Shown: piece after piece, positions 1 through 12,261 of the stretch
Layout: each line of letters starts with the position of its first letter
Numbering within the stretch: position 1 is the stretch's first letter
NCBI GenBank assembly: GCA_002269645.1
Contig: NIVC01001834.1
Span: 124,001 to 188,000 of the forward strand
Source: Macrostomum lignano
Taxonomy: Eukaryota
Direction of reading: 5' to 3'
Length of the DNA stretch: 64,000 nucleotides
Translations under genes and position numbers: made by a program
The notes under the pieces: model-generated
The model's input: only the letters and a program-made list of their open reading frames with translations
Databases searched by the model: none
What the model was told of the DNA's origin: nothing

Positions 1-860
1 AGAAAATCGCCTCACTAGTTATAAAATCGCCTCACTAGTTAGAAAATCGCCTCACTAGTTAGAAATCGCCTCACTAGTTAGAAATCGCCTCTCTAGTTAG
101 AATACCGCCTCTCTATTTATAAAATCGCCTCACTATTTAGAAAATCGCCTCACTAGTTAGAAATCGCCTCTCTATTTATAAAATCGCCTCAATAAATAGG
201 AAATCGCCTCACTGGTTAGAAATCGCCTCTCTAATCAGAAAATACCCTCTCTAATCAGAAAATCGCCTCCCTTGTTAGAAAATTCAATCACTAATCAGAA
301 AATCGTCTTTCTAATCAGAAAATGGCCTCTCTAATTAGAATATCTCTCTCTAATTAGAAAATGGCCTCTCTAATTAGAATATCTCTCTCTAATTAGAAAA
401 TGGCCTCTCTAATTAGAATATCTCTCTATAATTAGAAAATGGCCTCTCTAATTAGAATATCTCTCTCTAATTAGAAAATGGCCTCTCTAATTAGAATATC
501 TCTCTCTAATTAGAAAATGGCCTCTTTAATTAGAAAATGGCCTCTCTAATTAGAATATCTCTCTCTAATTAGAAAGTGGCCTCTCTAATTAGAATATCTC
601 TCTCTAATTAGAAAATGGCCTCTCTAATTAGAAAATCTCTCTCTAATTAGAAAATGGCCTCTCTAATTAGAAAATCGCCTCTCTAATTATAATATCTCTC
701 TCTAATTAGAATATCGCCTCTCTAATTAGAATATCTCTCTCTAATTAGAAAATCGCCTCTTTAATTATAATATCTCTCTCTAATTAAAAAATGGCCTTTC
801 TAATTAGAATATACCCTCTCTAATTAGAAAATCTTTCTATCTTAGAAAAATCGCCCTTGA
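1..860. repeat. Intronic minisatellites with 19-21-bp units (TAGAAAATCGCCTCACTAGT grading into CTCTAATTAGAAAATGGCCT/CTCTAATTAGAATATCTCT)
   Basis: Tandem units visible directly, ending about 110 bp before the RNMT acceptor. Confidence 0.9.
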
Positions 861-973
861 AATTAGGAATAAGCCGGTACCAGTTTACAATGGCCCTCAT
901 TCAAGTATTTCCCCGACATTAAAAGTTTCGCCCCTGTCATGCGAGAGTCGTCCCATTTTTCCCCTTCCCCCAG

Positions 974-1366
974 GCTGGCCAGGAGGTCGCCCAGCACTAC
1001 AACCAGGTGCTGCAGTCGAGCATCGCGTCCCGAGCGGAAAGCCGGGCCTTCTATTTGCGCAACTTCAACAACTGGGTGAAGAGCGTCCTGATTGGCTCTC
1101 ACCTGCGTATTATCGAACGCCAGTTTATCAATAGCGACATTCGCGTATTGGACCTGTGCTCAGGGAAAGGCGGCGACCTGCTCAAATGGCGAAAAGGCGG
1201 CGTCGCTAAGATTGTGTTTGTTGACATTGCCGACGTGTCGGTGGAGCAGTGCCGTAGGAGGTACGGCGAGATGGCCGAACAGCAGCAGCGAGACGGCAGG
1301 GGTCGCCTGCCTAGGGCGGAGTTTCACGTGGCCGACGCTACTGCTGTACGGCTGCGGGATCTGCAG
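974..1366 (+). CDS. RNMT: mRNA cap guanine-N7 methyltransferase, first exon in window (upstream exons lie outside)
   Basis: Acceptor ccccttcccccAG|, donor |GTGAGC, phase 0/0. Translation VAQHYN...SRAFYLRNFNNWVKSVLI...VLDLCSGKGGDLLKW...IVFVDIADVSVEQCRRRY matches the RNMT/Abd1 SAM-binding motifs. Confidence 0.93.
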
Positions 1367-1429
1367 GTGAGCTATAATATTAATGTAGTTGTCAATTGTG
1401 GTGTAACAGACATCGATAGTTAATCAATA

Positions 1430-1950
1430 GTTATTAGTACATGTAGTGTAACAAAAATCGATAATTCAGTCAATGGTTAATCGTTCTGTCACAGAAATCG
1501 ATAATTGAGTCAATGGTTAATCGTTCTGTAACAAAAATCGATAGTTCAGTCAATAGTTTGTCGTAGTTTAACAAAAATCGATATTTCAGTCAATAGTTAG
1601 TAGTAGGGTAACAAAAATCGATAATTGAGTCAATAGTTTCTCGTAGTTTAACAAAAATCGATATTTCAGTCAATAGTTTGTCGTAGTTTAACAAAAATCG
1701 ATATTTCAGTCAATAGTTAGTAGTAGGGTAACAAAAATCGATAATTGAGTCAATAGTTTGTCGTAGTTTAACAAAAATCGATATTTCAGTCAATAGTTAG
1801 TAGGAGGGTAACAAAAATCAATAGCTAAGTCAGCAGTTAGACGTAATTTGATAGAAATTAATAATTATGTCAACGAGTTAACTTAGCTTAACATAGATAT
1901 CCATAACTGACGTAACGGTAATTTTAGTGTAACAGTAATCGATAATTGAC
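1430..1950. repeat. 40-bp minisatellite (GTAACAAAAATCGATA..TCAGTCAATAGTT..), resuming at about 5690-5765 after a transposon insertion
   Basis: ACAAAAATCG recurs at 1571, 1611, 1651, 1691, 1731 and 1771; related units reappear after 5690. Confidence 0.85.
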
Positions 1951-1958
1951 CTAACAGT

Positions 1959-4900
1959 CCCGCCTGGACTTTGGTCCGGTTCTTTTGTCCGCTTACTTAT
2001 CCGATAGTTCGTCCAATTGATAATGCATTTTTTCCATAAGAAAATATCGGACAAGCAGGCGGATTAAAAGCTGGTGAAAAGCGGACGGATAAATAAGTAA
2101 AGGCTTTAAGCACCGTTAGCCACAGTCCATTCATTTGTAAAAGCTTAAAAATGTGACTGGCACGGTAAATTGTATTTTAGTATATTCCCCTAAGTATTGT
2201 ATAAAAATGTTGCATTATTTTTAAGCCAGCAGGCAAAAATGCTTCAATTGAGGGACAAACGAAAAAGTAAGTAGGTATATTAGAATAATAGTAATTATAG
2301 GGGTTTCAGGGAATATAGCTAGATGCATCATTTCTCAGCTAATATTAGCGGTCATATACATCTTGGATCAATGAAATTATGTCACTCCCTTCGAGTATGA
2401 TCAATATGAAGTATAACTAGCGATTTTTGCATGTGAAAGCAGTGCATAGTACTAAAAAACATCCTCCTTCGACTAAACTATTTTGAATCCGCGAATTGCG
2501 GTTTAAATACACCGCATACTTACATACTTATACTTGTAAATGTAAATATTTAATATGAGAAATCACCGGGACACCAATCAACTTGATCAGTTCGTGCAAC
2601 ATGCCCCGCATCTCGCCCTTCGAGCTCAGTAACGTCTGAAGCAATGTCGTTGCAGAAGTCGTAGGAAAATGAGTAGGCACGGCATGCTCCTCCGCCTCGT
2701 TTGTCTGTTGATTGGCATCGGTGTCGCCTTCCGTTATAATACGGATCACAACAGATTCAGGTGCCGAGTCAGCACCTGAACAAGATGCTGCTGATTTTGA
2801 TACCAGCCTATGTTTCCCGGAAGGTTTGCCGGAAGCTGCCGCACCACTTATTCCTCCGGTGCAGACCGATTGTCCAGAGCGCTTTCGAGCCATCTTAGTA
2901 CACCTGGAATGAGAATTTAAAACTAATATAAATAATAACGAACAAGCGCTTGAGGTCGCGTGGAGAGTAATCGACTCCTTCAGTTGATAGCCACAGTTCT
3001 GTGGTGGCAACCTTTGCGGGATTGGCTGCCAGGCAGACGTGGCCCTGCAACTTGCGACCGGAGATCCTGCTGTTACTGAACTCCGCATCGCTAAAAAGAC
3101 ACCGCAGCAGGCTGCGTTCAGACAACGGCACTTTTGACGCTGAGGCAGACAAAGAGGCTTCACCGGCTGTGGAGCCTTTTGTTGCACATGCATTTAGCAA
3201 GGCACGCGTCTGTGCCGCGGACAAGGCAGTGTCGGCTTGTACGGCAAAGCCCTGGTCTGCGTCATTCTCCTCACGCTCTTGGGCGTGGACGGCGATTTTC
3301 GATTGTCGATATTCGTCGGACATGTCGACGGTCGCAGCAGCGGCGGCTGCCGATGCGTTGCTACAGAGCATGGTCGACGCTTGCGTTAGTAAGGCGTTGC
3401 ACTGCGCCGCTGTTCTGCTTGGAGTCCGCGGAGAAGTGACGACTCCATTCTCCTTAGTACATTGTTTTGCTCCTTAAGCGCATCTAGCTGGCCTTTGAAG
3501 ACCTGCTCCGTTGACGCTTTCTTGCGGAGTTCAGCACCTATGGAATAATTGTGAAAGAGCGCGTTCGCATCAGTGCTGAAGAATGTAACATATGTAATAT
3601 AACATAATACAATATGTTATACCGCACTAGTACACCGGTACAGTACTTACGCAGTGTCTCTAATAGGCTCATGGAGCGTTGAAGCTCTATGAGGAGGCTG
3701 TGGCATGACGAGCAAGCTCTAGGAAGGTCAACTGGTCAACTTACGCAGTGTCTCTAATAGGCTCATGGAGCGTTGAAGCTCTATGAGGAGGCTGTGGCAT
3801 GACGAGCAAGCTCTAGGAAGGTCAACTGGTGCGGCTTGCTCATTTGTCATGGCCGCCTTGCCAGTAGCCTCGGCCTTCCTCTGGAATGGCCCCTTGATCA
3901 AGGTACCAAGCCAGCGCTTGGCCTTCCGGCGATTTGTCTTTGCGGTAATAATCTGTGCCTCCTCGCCAATAGCTACTTGCCCGACCGCTCCACGCCGACG
4001 AGATACAATGAGCGACGCAGTAGTGCTTGATGTGGACACGACCTCCGTACGCATGTGAAAGTTTTTTGTATTCGAATACGAAAAATCGCTCCTTATTCTC
4101 AATCTTATAGCCCTGCATTTCTTGCTGCGGATCCTCAATTAGCTGGTTTTCATCCCCGTCTTCTGATTCGGCAGCAGTCGGGGCGCCATTTCGGCAGCAG
4201 TTTGAGGGGCCGCCGCCGCGGCAGCAATCGGAGGCTTATACGACTTACTTTTCTTTGACTTCTTGTCAGACTTGTGACTTCTTGCCAGCTTTCGTTTTCC
4301 TGTATTCTCTTTTTCTGACGATGCAGCAGGTCTCGGATCACGCTTCGCCATGCAGTGGACTGAATATCAGTGACGGTAGAATTAGTGCGAATATTGAGTT
4401 GGTATAGATTTTATGACGACAAAACCTAGAAAGCCATTGTATTAGCCAGAGCCAACAGCAGCAACAAGTATGCATTGAGCTGTACAAAATATAAGTATGT
4501 AAGCATTTAAGTAGCTTAAGGTTGTTCTGGCCACTGAGCTGTCTACAGCGAGATACGGCCGGAGTAGGTGAAGTGGATACGACGGCCTATTCGTAGTACT
4601 TGCTGTGGTCAGCAGCTGCCGTGTCGACCAAGTAAGTTGCAGCCTGAATTTAAATGTTAGACATTTAAAGGATAATACTGTTATACGTGTACGGATTGGC
4701 AGTAAAATGCTGCAATGCATAATAATTGACTAGCGAGTGCATGCATACTACAGGTCGAGGGTAAATACACAGAACTTGGCTTGTCGTGAGCGACTCGACA
4801 TAGAAAATTCCATCTGTTTTGATCCCAGCCGGAAGAAAGTTGGGCAAGACACAAGGATAGTGGCACCTTCCTGTACGTCGGGATGCGATTTGGGCGTATT

Positions 4901-5677
4901 AATATTTACTGAAGCCTGCGTCGACGCCGACGGATCGGACAGTCTGTCGATTGCTACCAGTTCCTCAACAAATAGAATAAATTTTGTCTCTACGCTGAAA
5001 AAATGTGACGCCACGCCTCCTGGCTTCCGTCAAGGGGGAGCGCAGATCGCTTATATGGCGTAACATGCTCGATCGCGTATCAGCTACAGCGGCTACCCTG
5101 GAAGGATACCGGGAAAATAGCCATGTGTCCTGAGCTTTGTCGGATATATTTCTGGAAAAAAAGTCAATGGAATAAAAGTAGAGCGTGAAAATAACCATAA
5201 AATAGAGGTGAATAGTCCATTTTGCAATTACTTGTAGTATAACGCAATTGACTTACAAAACTCGCTTGAAAACTGATGACTAAATCACGCCGAATTATTG
5301 CGGCTTTTTGGCAGTTTCTTGCGCCTAGAGTCGTCTAATTACATCGGTGGACAGACGCTGGAAGCTGCGTATTGAAAGATTGGCTCAGTTTATTCTTGAA
5401 TATAATTAGCATCAAAGTTAAGAAACAGTGCCTTATGCAAACGCTAACAGAGAGACTACCTGCCCTGAAGAGCAAACAAAATTGAAAGCATTTGAACAGT
5501 TCATGGCTTATGGCCCGGATTGGAAGCGGACGAGAAATCGGTTGAAATTTGGACGAACAGTCTAAAGTAATCGGACGATTCACCCGACATTTGGTCCGCA
5601 GCTTAGTCCGATGTAAAAATCGGACTAAAAACGGGTGAATTTCGTCCGCTTCTGCATCGGACCAAAGTCCAGGCGGG
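1959..5677. mobile_element. TIR DNA transposon of about 3.7 kb in an RNMT intron, superfamily unresolved, no transposase recognised
   Basis: Perfect 20-bp inverted repeat CCCGCCTGGACTTTGGTCCG (1959-1978) / CGGACCAAAGTCCAGGCGGG (5658-5677), subterminal GTCCG/CGGAC clusters, and it splits a minisatellite. No clean TSD: the right flank is G-TTAA, the left flank is CTAACAGT. Confidence 0.75.
2528..4351 (-). pseudogene. Decayed multi-exon coiled-coil + BEN-domain-like gene inside the TIR element
   Basis: ATG 4351 (Lys-rich N-terminus, in-frame stop at 4139-4141), GTAAGT donors, acceptor at 3538-3539, coiled-coil-like RAELRKK..LDALKEQNNVLRRME, a frameshift, then SLLRCLFSDAEFSNSRISGRK..NPAKV resembling the BEN consensus. 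Final exon 2903-2528. Confidence 0.55.
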
Positions 5678-5827
5678 GTTAATTTCAATGCAACAAAAAT
5701 CTATGATTAAGTTAAATCGATAATTGAGTCAACAGTTGGTCGTAGTGTAACAGAAATTGATAGCTACTGTTACTTGATTTTCTGCTAAAATTAACCGCAT
5801 CAACTATACATGGTTTCAATACTGCAG

Positions 5828-6120
5828 CCGGCATGGCCGCAGTTCCACCTGGTCAGTTGCCAGTTCTCGCTGCACTATTGCTTTCAAAGCTACCAAGCGG
5901 CCAGGCAGTTTGTCCGGAACGCCTGCGAATCCCTTCTGCCTGGCGGCTATTTTATTGGCACCCTGCCGGACGCCAACGAGATTGTCAGACGGCTGCGTCG
6001 AAAGCCCGGCTCTGAGGCCGCTTTTGGCAACGGCGTCTACAATGTGACATTCAGCTCGTCGGCTGTCAAGACTCAGCAGGTGCCGCTGTTCGGCTGCAAG
6101 TATCATTTCAGTCTGGAAAA
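5828..6120 (+). CDS. RNMT: RNMT internal exon
   Basis: actgcAG|CCG, donor AA|GTGAGC (phase 2). FHLVSCQFSLHYCF...LLPGGYFIGTLPDA...LFGCKYHFSLE are conserved RNMT motifs. Confidence 0.93.
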
Positions 6121-6189
6121 GTGAGCGCTTTATTTTGCTGACGCTGGCCTCCACATTTTCTAAGAGATATCTAACTATTCTAGCCTTTC

Positions 6190-6620
6190 CTGGAAATGTT
6201 CGACTTCCGGTCTAACCTTCAATAAATAATCTACTTCCGGTCTAGCCTTTCTTAGAAATCACCGACTTCCGGTCAGGACTTTCTTAGAAATCATCGACTT
6301 CCAGTCAGGCTTTTCTTAGAAATCATCGACTTCCGGTCAGGCCTTTTTAGAAATTATCTACTTCCAGTGAGGCTTTTCTGTGAAATCATCGACTTCCGGT
6401 CCTGCGTTTCCTGGAAATCCTCGACTTCCGGTTCCGCTTTTCTAGTAATTCTCGATTTGCTTTAAATTCTTAGGAATCTTCGATTTCCAGTTATCTGGCC
6501 TTTCCTGGAAATCATTGACTTCCTGTTTAGTCTTTCCTAGAATACCTCGACATCCGGTTAGCTGGCCATTCTGGAAATCCTCAAATTTGGCCTAGAGTCT
6601 CTTAGAAATCCTGGAATTCT
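6190..6620. repeat. Degenerate ~31-bp intronic minisatellite (CTTAGAAATCATCGACTTCCGGTCAGGCTTT-like)
   Basis: Repeated GAAATC..CGACTTCCGG core. Confidence 0.75.
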
Positions 6621-6828
6621 TTTCTAGCCTTTCCTGGAAATTCTCAACATCTGGACCAGTTTGATTTCATGCAAATCCTCAACTCCCCGTTTCTGCCCGT
6701 TGCACCTTTCTTAGAAATATTCGACTTCCGGTCTAACCTTTCGACTTTGCAACGTAAATTTTTAGTCCCTATGTATTATTATATCGACCCTAATAAAGTA
6801 ATTGTCCCACCATTGATCTCATGCTCAG

Positions 6829-7201
6829 ACAGGTTCAAGACTGCCCAGAGTACCTCGTGTACTTTCCAGTTCTAGAACAGCTCTGCTCCGAGTACGGCCT
6901 TCGTTGCACTCTACGCCAGAACTTCGCCAAGTTCTATCGCGATCACGTGACCCAGCCGGAGTGGCGCAGCCTGCTAGGCGTGATGCAGAGCCTGGAGCCC
7001 TACCCCAATGCCGATGGCGTGGAACTGAAAAGTCAAGTTGAAGGCGATTACCGGGCCGCTCAGGCCTACCTTAACGGCGATGGCCGGTGCGACACAGAGG
7101 AAGACGAGCGCGACCGGAACGGACCGGTTGGCACCCTCAGCATGGAAGAGTGGGAAGCGGCCACTCTGTACATGGTGTTCGCTTTTCAACGGGCTGAGTA
7201 G
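6829..7201 (+). CDS. RNMT: RNMT last coding exon
   Basis: ctcAG|A completes a phase-2 Lys codon. DCPEYLVYFPVLEQL...GTLSMEEWEAATLYMVFAFQR, then TAG. The three exons total 1059 nt in frame. Confidence 0.92.
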
Positions 7202-7309
7202 CCGCTGGTGCCGCTTATTAACCTGTTTCTGATTCACTGGTTGATTGATTCGTGGATCAAAGTTGTTGATAAAACTTATCTGTTGCATGTTTCATTAAAC
7301 CTTGAACCT

Positions 7310-7900
7310 TTGGTCTCTTGACCCGTTGCACCCTTGACCCAGTGACCCTTGACCCATCACACCTTTGACCCATTGCACCCTTGACCCAGTGACCCTTGAC
7401 CCATTACACCTTTGACCCATTGCACCCTTGACCCAGTGACCCTTGACCCATTACACCTTTGACCCATTGCACCCTTGACCCAGTGACCCTTGACCTATTA
7501 CCTTTGACACAGTGACCCTTGACCTACTACCTTTGACCCATTGCAACCTTGACCCAGTGACCCTTGATCCATTGAACCCTTGACCTTTTGCACCCTCGAC
7601 CCAGTTATCCCTTGACCCAGTGACCCTTGACCCATTACACCCTTGATCCGTTGCACCCTTTACCCATTGCACTTTTGACCCAATGACCCTTGACCTAATG
7701 ACCCTTGACCCATTGAACCCTGGATCCATTGCACTTTTGACCCAGTGACCCTTGACCCATTGCACCCTTGCCCAGTGACCTTTGACCCGTTGGTCCATTG
7801 ACCCGGTGAACCTTTAACCCACTGATCCATGACTCAGTGATACATTGACTCATTGGTATGGTCCTCTGACCCAGTAAAAGTTGACCCACTGAACCCAATT
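7310..7900. repeat. Degenerate minisatellite (GACCCAGTGACCCTTGACCCATTGCACCCTT-like)
   Basis: Tandem TGACCC cores. Confidence 0.85.
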
Positions 7901-8387
7901 GGACTTAATGCTCATTGATATATTGATATATAATTTCATAAGCATTTTAAACTTAACAAGGCAAAAAGGCATCCTGACCCAATACAAACTCCAGTCTCTA
8001 CCCTCATCGAACCCCGACTTATTAAACTTCCCTTATCCACTGAAATCTTTGTCTGTAATTTTATTTGGCATTAAGCTTGCTAATTTATGCATGAGTAGTA
8101 TCTGAAGCTTGGCATTTGTATTTCTTATTTTGTCTTCATGATTTATAAAATACAAAGTATATATTGTAAAGTGGGTTAAAGAAATTATTTCAAACTGAAT
8201 GTTTGGCATTCAAAAAAACCCTTGCATTTTTATAGATGTTTACTTATTTTTGTACTTGGGTTAATAACAAGTAGCTTTGCATTGTTACAATGCGACTTGC
8301 AATTCTTATTTGTGTAGTTTTTCTTCGGTGAAGGGCTGTTCTTACAGCAGTCTTTGTATCATAATTACGATGCTTAGGGTACTATTT

Positions 8388-9016
8388 TAGGGGTATTCTG
8401 GTGGGTACATTCATGTCTAGGGGTATGTATTCTGGTGGCTAAATTCATGTCTAGGGGTATTCTGGCGGGTACATTCATGTCTAGGGGTATTCTGGCGGGT
8501 ACATTCATGTCTAGGGGTATTCTGGTGGGTACATTCATGTCTAGGGGTATTCTGGTGGCTAAATTTATGTCTAGGGGTATTCTGGTGGCTACATTCATGT
8601 CTAGGGGTATTCTGGTGGCTAAATTTATGTCTAGGGGTATTCTGGTGGGCAAATTTATGTCTAGGGGTATTCTGGTGGCTACATTCATGTCTAGGGGTAT
8701 TCTGGTGAGTACATTCATGTCTAGGGGTATTCTGGTGGCTACATTTATGTCTAGGGGTATTCTGGTGGGCAAATTTATGTCTAGGGGTATTCTGGTGAGT
8801 ACATTCATGTCTAGGGGTATTCTGGTGGCTACATTTATGTCTAGGGGTATTCTGGTGGCTACATTCATGTCTAGGGGTATTCTGGTGGCTACATTCATGT
8901 CTAGGGGTATTCTGGTGGCTACATTCATGTCTAGGGGTATTCTGGTGGCTACATTCATGTCTAGGGGTATTCTGGTGGCTACATTCATGTCTAGGGGTAT
9001 TCTGGTGGCTACATTC
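8388..9016. repeat. 30-bp minisatellite ATTCATGTCTAGGGGTATTCTGGTGGCTAC
   Basis: About 21 near-identical units. Confidence 0.95.
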
Positions 9017-9639
9017 GATTTGTTGATTTCCGAAGGTACCCTGGTAAAGTCAATGACTAAGATTCCTTTTTGTCAGCTAAAAAGCACTTTAAGATGCTTC
9101 ATAAAACATTCCTGGCTGAATTTGAGAGCTCCTTGGGGGGTCGTTTCACCCCCGTCCCCCAATATCCCCCTGGACGCTTTTATGCTCAGCGGTTTCTTAG
9201 AAAGGCCACGCCATCCTAATAATTAATTTACGCGAGATAGTAAAGTTACGACTTTGTTTCAAGTTTGAGATATTTGCGTGAGTTTTTATGATGCCGCGAA
9301 TGTCAGGAATTGATTGAGCACCCACTGGCACTCGGAGCGGGCTCATAAAACTGACAAAAAGTCGTAAATTTTCTTATTAGGATTAAAAGACGGGATCGTG
9401 TCTTCTTTTTATCCTCTGGCGATTTTTCTCCCTGCGTGACGATCTGAACTTTGGAGCCTTGGGCATCTCTCTCTCTCTCTCTCTCTCTCTCAGACCTTTC
9501 TCGATGCGATTTGAATTTCTAATTTCCTCCACCTCTACCCAATCTCTGCTATTTTATGTCCCTTTTCTGTATGCTTTGCACTTTGTGCTCTGGCTGAGTG
9601 GCGCTGGCCCGGTGTTGGGGCGCCTGTCTAAGGGACTTG

Positions 9640-9729
9640 ACACAGACATGCAGACAGACAGGCAGATAGATAGATGGACGGGAAGACAGACTAACACAGA
9701 CAGACAGACAGACAGACAGACAGACTAAC

Positions 9730-9760
<31 letters not shown>

Positions 9761-9795
9761 GGCAGATAGATAAATAGACGGGAAGACAGACTAAC

Positions 9796-9872
<77 letters not shown>

Positions 9873-9901
9873 TAGATAAATAGACGGGAAGACAGACTAA
9901 C

Positions 9902-9992
<91 letters not shown>

Positions 9993-10027
9993 GGCAGATA
10001 GATAAATAGACGGGAAGACAGACTAAC

Positions 10028-10106
<79 letters not shown>

Positions 10107-10145
10107 GGCAGGCAGATAGATAAATAGACGGGAAGACAGACTAAC

Positions 10146-10178
<33 letters not shown>

Positions 10179-10200
10179 TATGTACAGACGGGCAGACACA
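9640..10200. repeat. Compound (GACA)n microsatellite punctuated by a recurring GGCAGATAGATAAATAGACGGGAAGACAGACTAACAC block
   Basis: Seen directly; a short (CT)n tract lies at 9461-9492. Confidence 0.95.
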
Positions 10201-10944
10201 GTCAACCAAGACTCCTGAGACAAACAGCGAAGATAAAAGAGAAAATACATTGATTTAGAATCGAAAGGCTCTTATGTATATAATTTCATGAGGATTTTCG
10301 GCTTAAGTACAAGCGCAGATTCCGATGGCAGGAGGACAGGGCAGGATTGCGAAGAGATTAAGCATGACAGTGCAGTGACCATCCGCAGTTGCATTCAATG
10401 ATTTGATTAACTATTGATGCTGTGCCCCTGCTGCTAATCTGTACAGTTCTAATGTCGCTTAGTGTCAAATTTTGCGCACAGTATTGCAAAGGCCTGAAAT
10501 GTAAATTGAGCAACGTTTGGAAATCGCCAATTACTGCAGTAAGAACCGGATCGATAAGGATGGAAGTTTAACTTCCCAAGGAAAATTCATCCCAATAGAA
10601 CTGACTGTATAAGATCGGGTTTCTCAGCCGCAATTAAACCCTGGATGTCAAGGGTTTAATTGATTTCAATAGGTTTAAATGAATAAGTCAGGTACTTTCT
10701 GCTTGGATAGAAGTGCGTTTACGCAAAATGGGTCGATTTTACTGAATTTGAGCGTAAACACCTCTCTCTAGGGAGTAAAAATTGAAGACAAATTGCAAAT
10801 CAAATTTCATATACATAAGCCCCTTCCCAAATAAGCTTAGCAAGCTGAAAACGATTAATCATTAAGCCCTTGGTTTTCTTCAAAAATGTCTTTGAGTATG
10901 TTGAGGAGAGAACTAGCTCCTATATCAGAGATATCTGAGCAATT

Positions 10945-11365
10945 CCCCTGTAGCTATCTGAGAAATTCCCCTGTAGCCATTACAGCAATTCCCTTGTAGC
11001 CATTACAGCAATTCCCGTGTAACCATTACAGCAATTCCCCTGTAGCTGTCTGAGCAATTCCCGTGTAACCATTACAGCAATTCCCCTGTAGCTGTCTGAG
11101 CAATTCCCGTGTAACCATTACAACAATTCCCCTATAGCTGTCTCAGCAATTCCCCTGTAGCTGTCTGAGCAATTCCCGTGTAACCATTACAGCAATTCCC
11201 CTGTAGCTGTCTGAGCAATTCCCGTGTAACCATTACAGCAATTCCCCTGTAGCTGTCTGAGCAATTCCCGTGTAACCATTACAGCAATTCCCCTGTAGCT
11301 GTCTGAGCAATTCCCGTGTAACCATTAATTCCAGCAATTCCCCTGTAGTGATCTGAGCAATTACC
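10945..11365. repeat. 23-bp minisatellite with alternating variants forming a 46-bp dimer (GCAATTCCCCTGTAGCTGTCTGA / GCAATTCCCGTGTAACCATTACA)
   Basis: Seen directly. Confidence 0.9.
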
Positions 11366-12044
11366 TTCTAGCTAATTGTTTGTCGCTTTGTTATCGCGCA
11401 TTAATTATCTGAGTAGACAACAGTGTATAACATTACGACCGTTTTATCACGTTTTTATGGTTGGCATCCTTGAGCAGATGTGCGCATTAACAATTGCAGT
11501 TGATTTTGGGGTACACGGCGCCACAGCTACACTCGGTCTCCTGTATTAAAACTGTGGCTGTTGTTGTCAACAGTGACTGCATTGGTCTGAAGAAAAGTGC
11601 AGACTGCTCTGTATTGATCTGAAAATCAAAACTCACTCAGGTTTGCTCTAGTTAAGTACATTTACAACTACTTAGCTGAGCGAAAATGATTGATCGAACT
11701 CGCGTTCCCCTGCTGGGATTATTTTGGCTGGTGTCGCCAACTAAACTGAAATCGCAATTGACTCGCGCCAGCTAATTGATCCATCCATCATCTGCATGGT
11801 TTCAACAGCTCGCGAGGGAGAGCCTGACCTCGAGTTCGAATAGTTTAGGACCTTTTTGTTGCTAAGGTCGAGAAGAAAGTCGAGCTTTCCCTTGGGGGAT
11901 ATGGGAAGAGACTTTGGGAGAACTTTTCCCAGTTCGCTCGTTAGGGGTTTATTGATATCCTGAGCTGCCGAAAAGCTGCTGTTGCTGGCATCCCTTGCTT
12001 TTTTCCACCAGACGATTTACTGCACATAACTCTAATGACCTGCT

Positions 12045-12261
12045 TTAGAGATGAGTCGCCTCGATCTGCTCAGAGATGAGTCAGTCAGTCTCAATGTGCT
12101 CAGAGATGAGTCAGTCTCAATGTGGTCAGAGATGAGTCAGTCAGTCTCAATGTGCTCAGAGATGAGTCAGTCTCAATGTGCTCAGAGATGAGTCAGTCAG
12201 TCTCAATGTGCTCAGAGATGAGTCAGTCTCAATGTGCTCAGAGATGAGTCAGTCAGTCTCA
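12045..12261. repeat. 26/30-bp minisatellite CTCAGAGATGAGTCAGTC(AGTC)TCAATGTG
   Basis: Seen directly. Confidence 0.9.

Noticed and set aside
961-974. Identical CCCCTTCCCCCAGG at the RNMT and MRPS30 (57091) acceptors
   Set aside because: A low-complexity pyrimidine tract plus CAG|G; coincidence is sufficient.
1951-5682. piggyBac assignment for the RNMT-intron element (CCC..GGG ends, TTAA on the right)
   Set aside because: The left flank lacks TTAA and no piggyBac transposase remnant is visible; the superfamily is left open.
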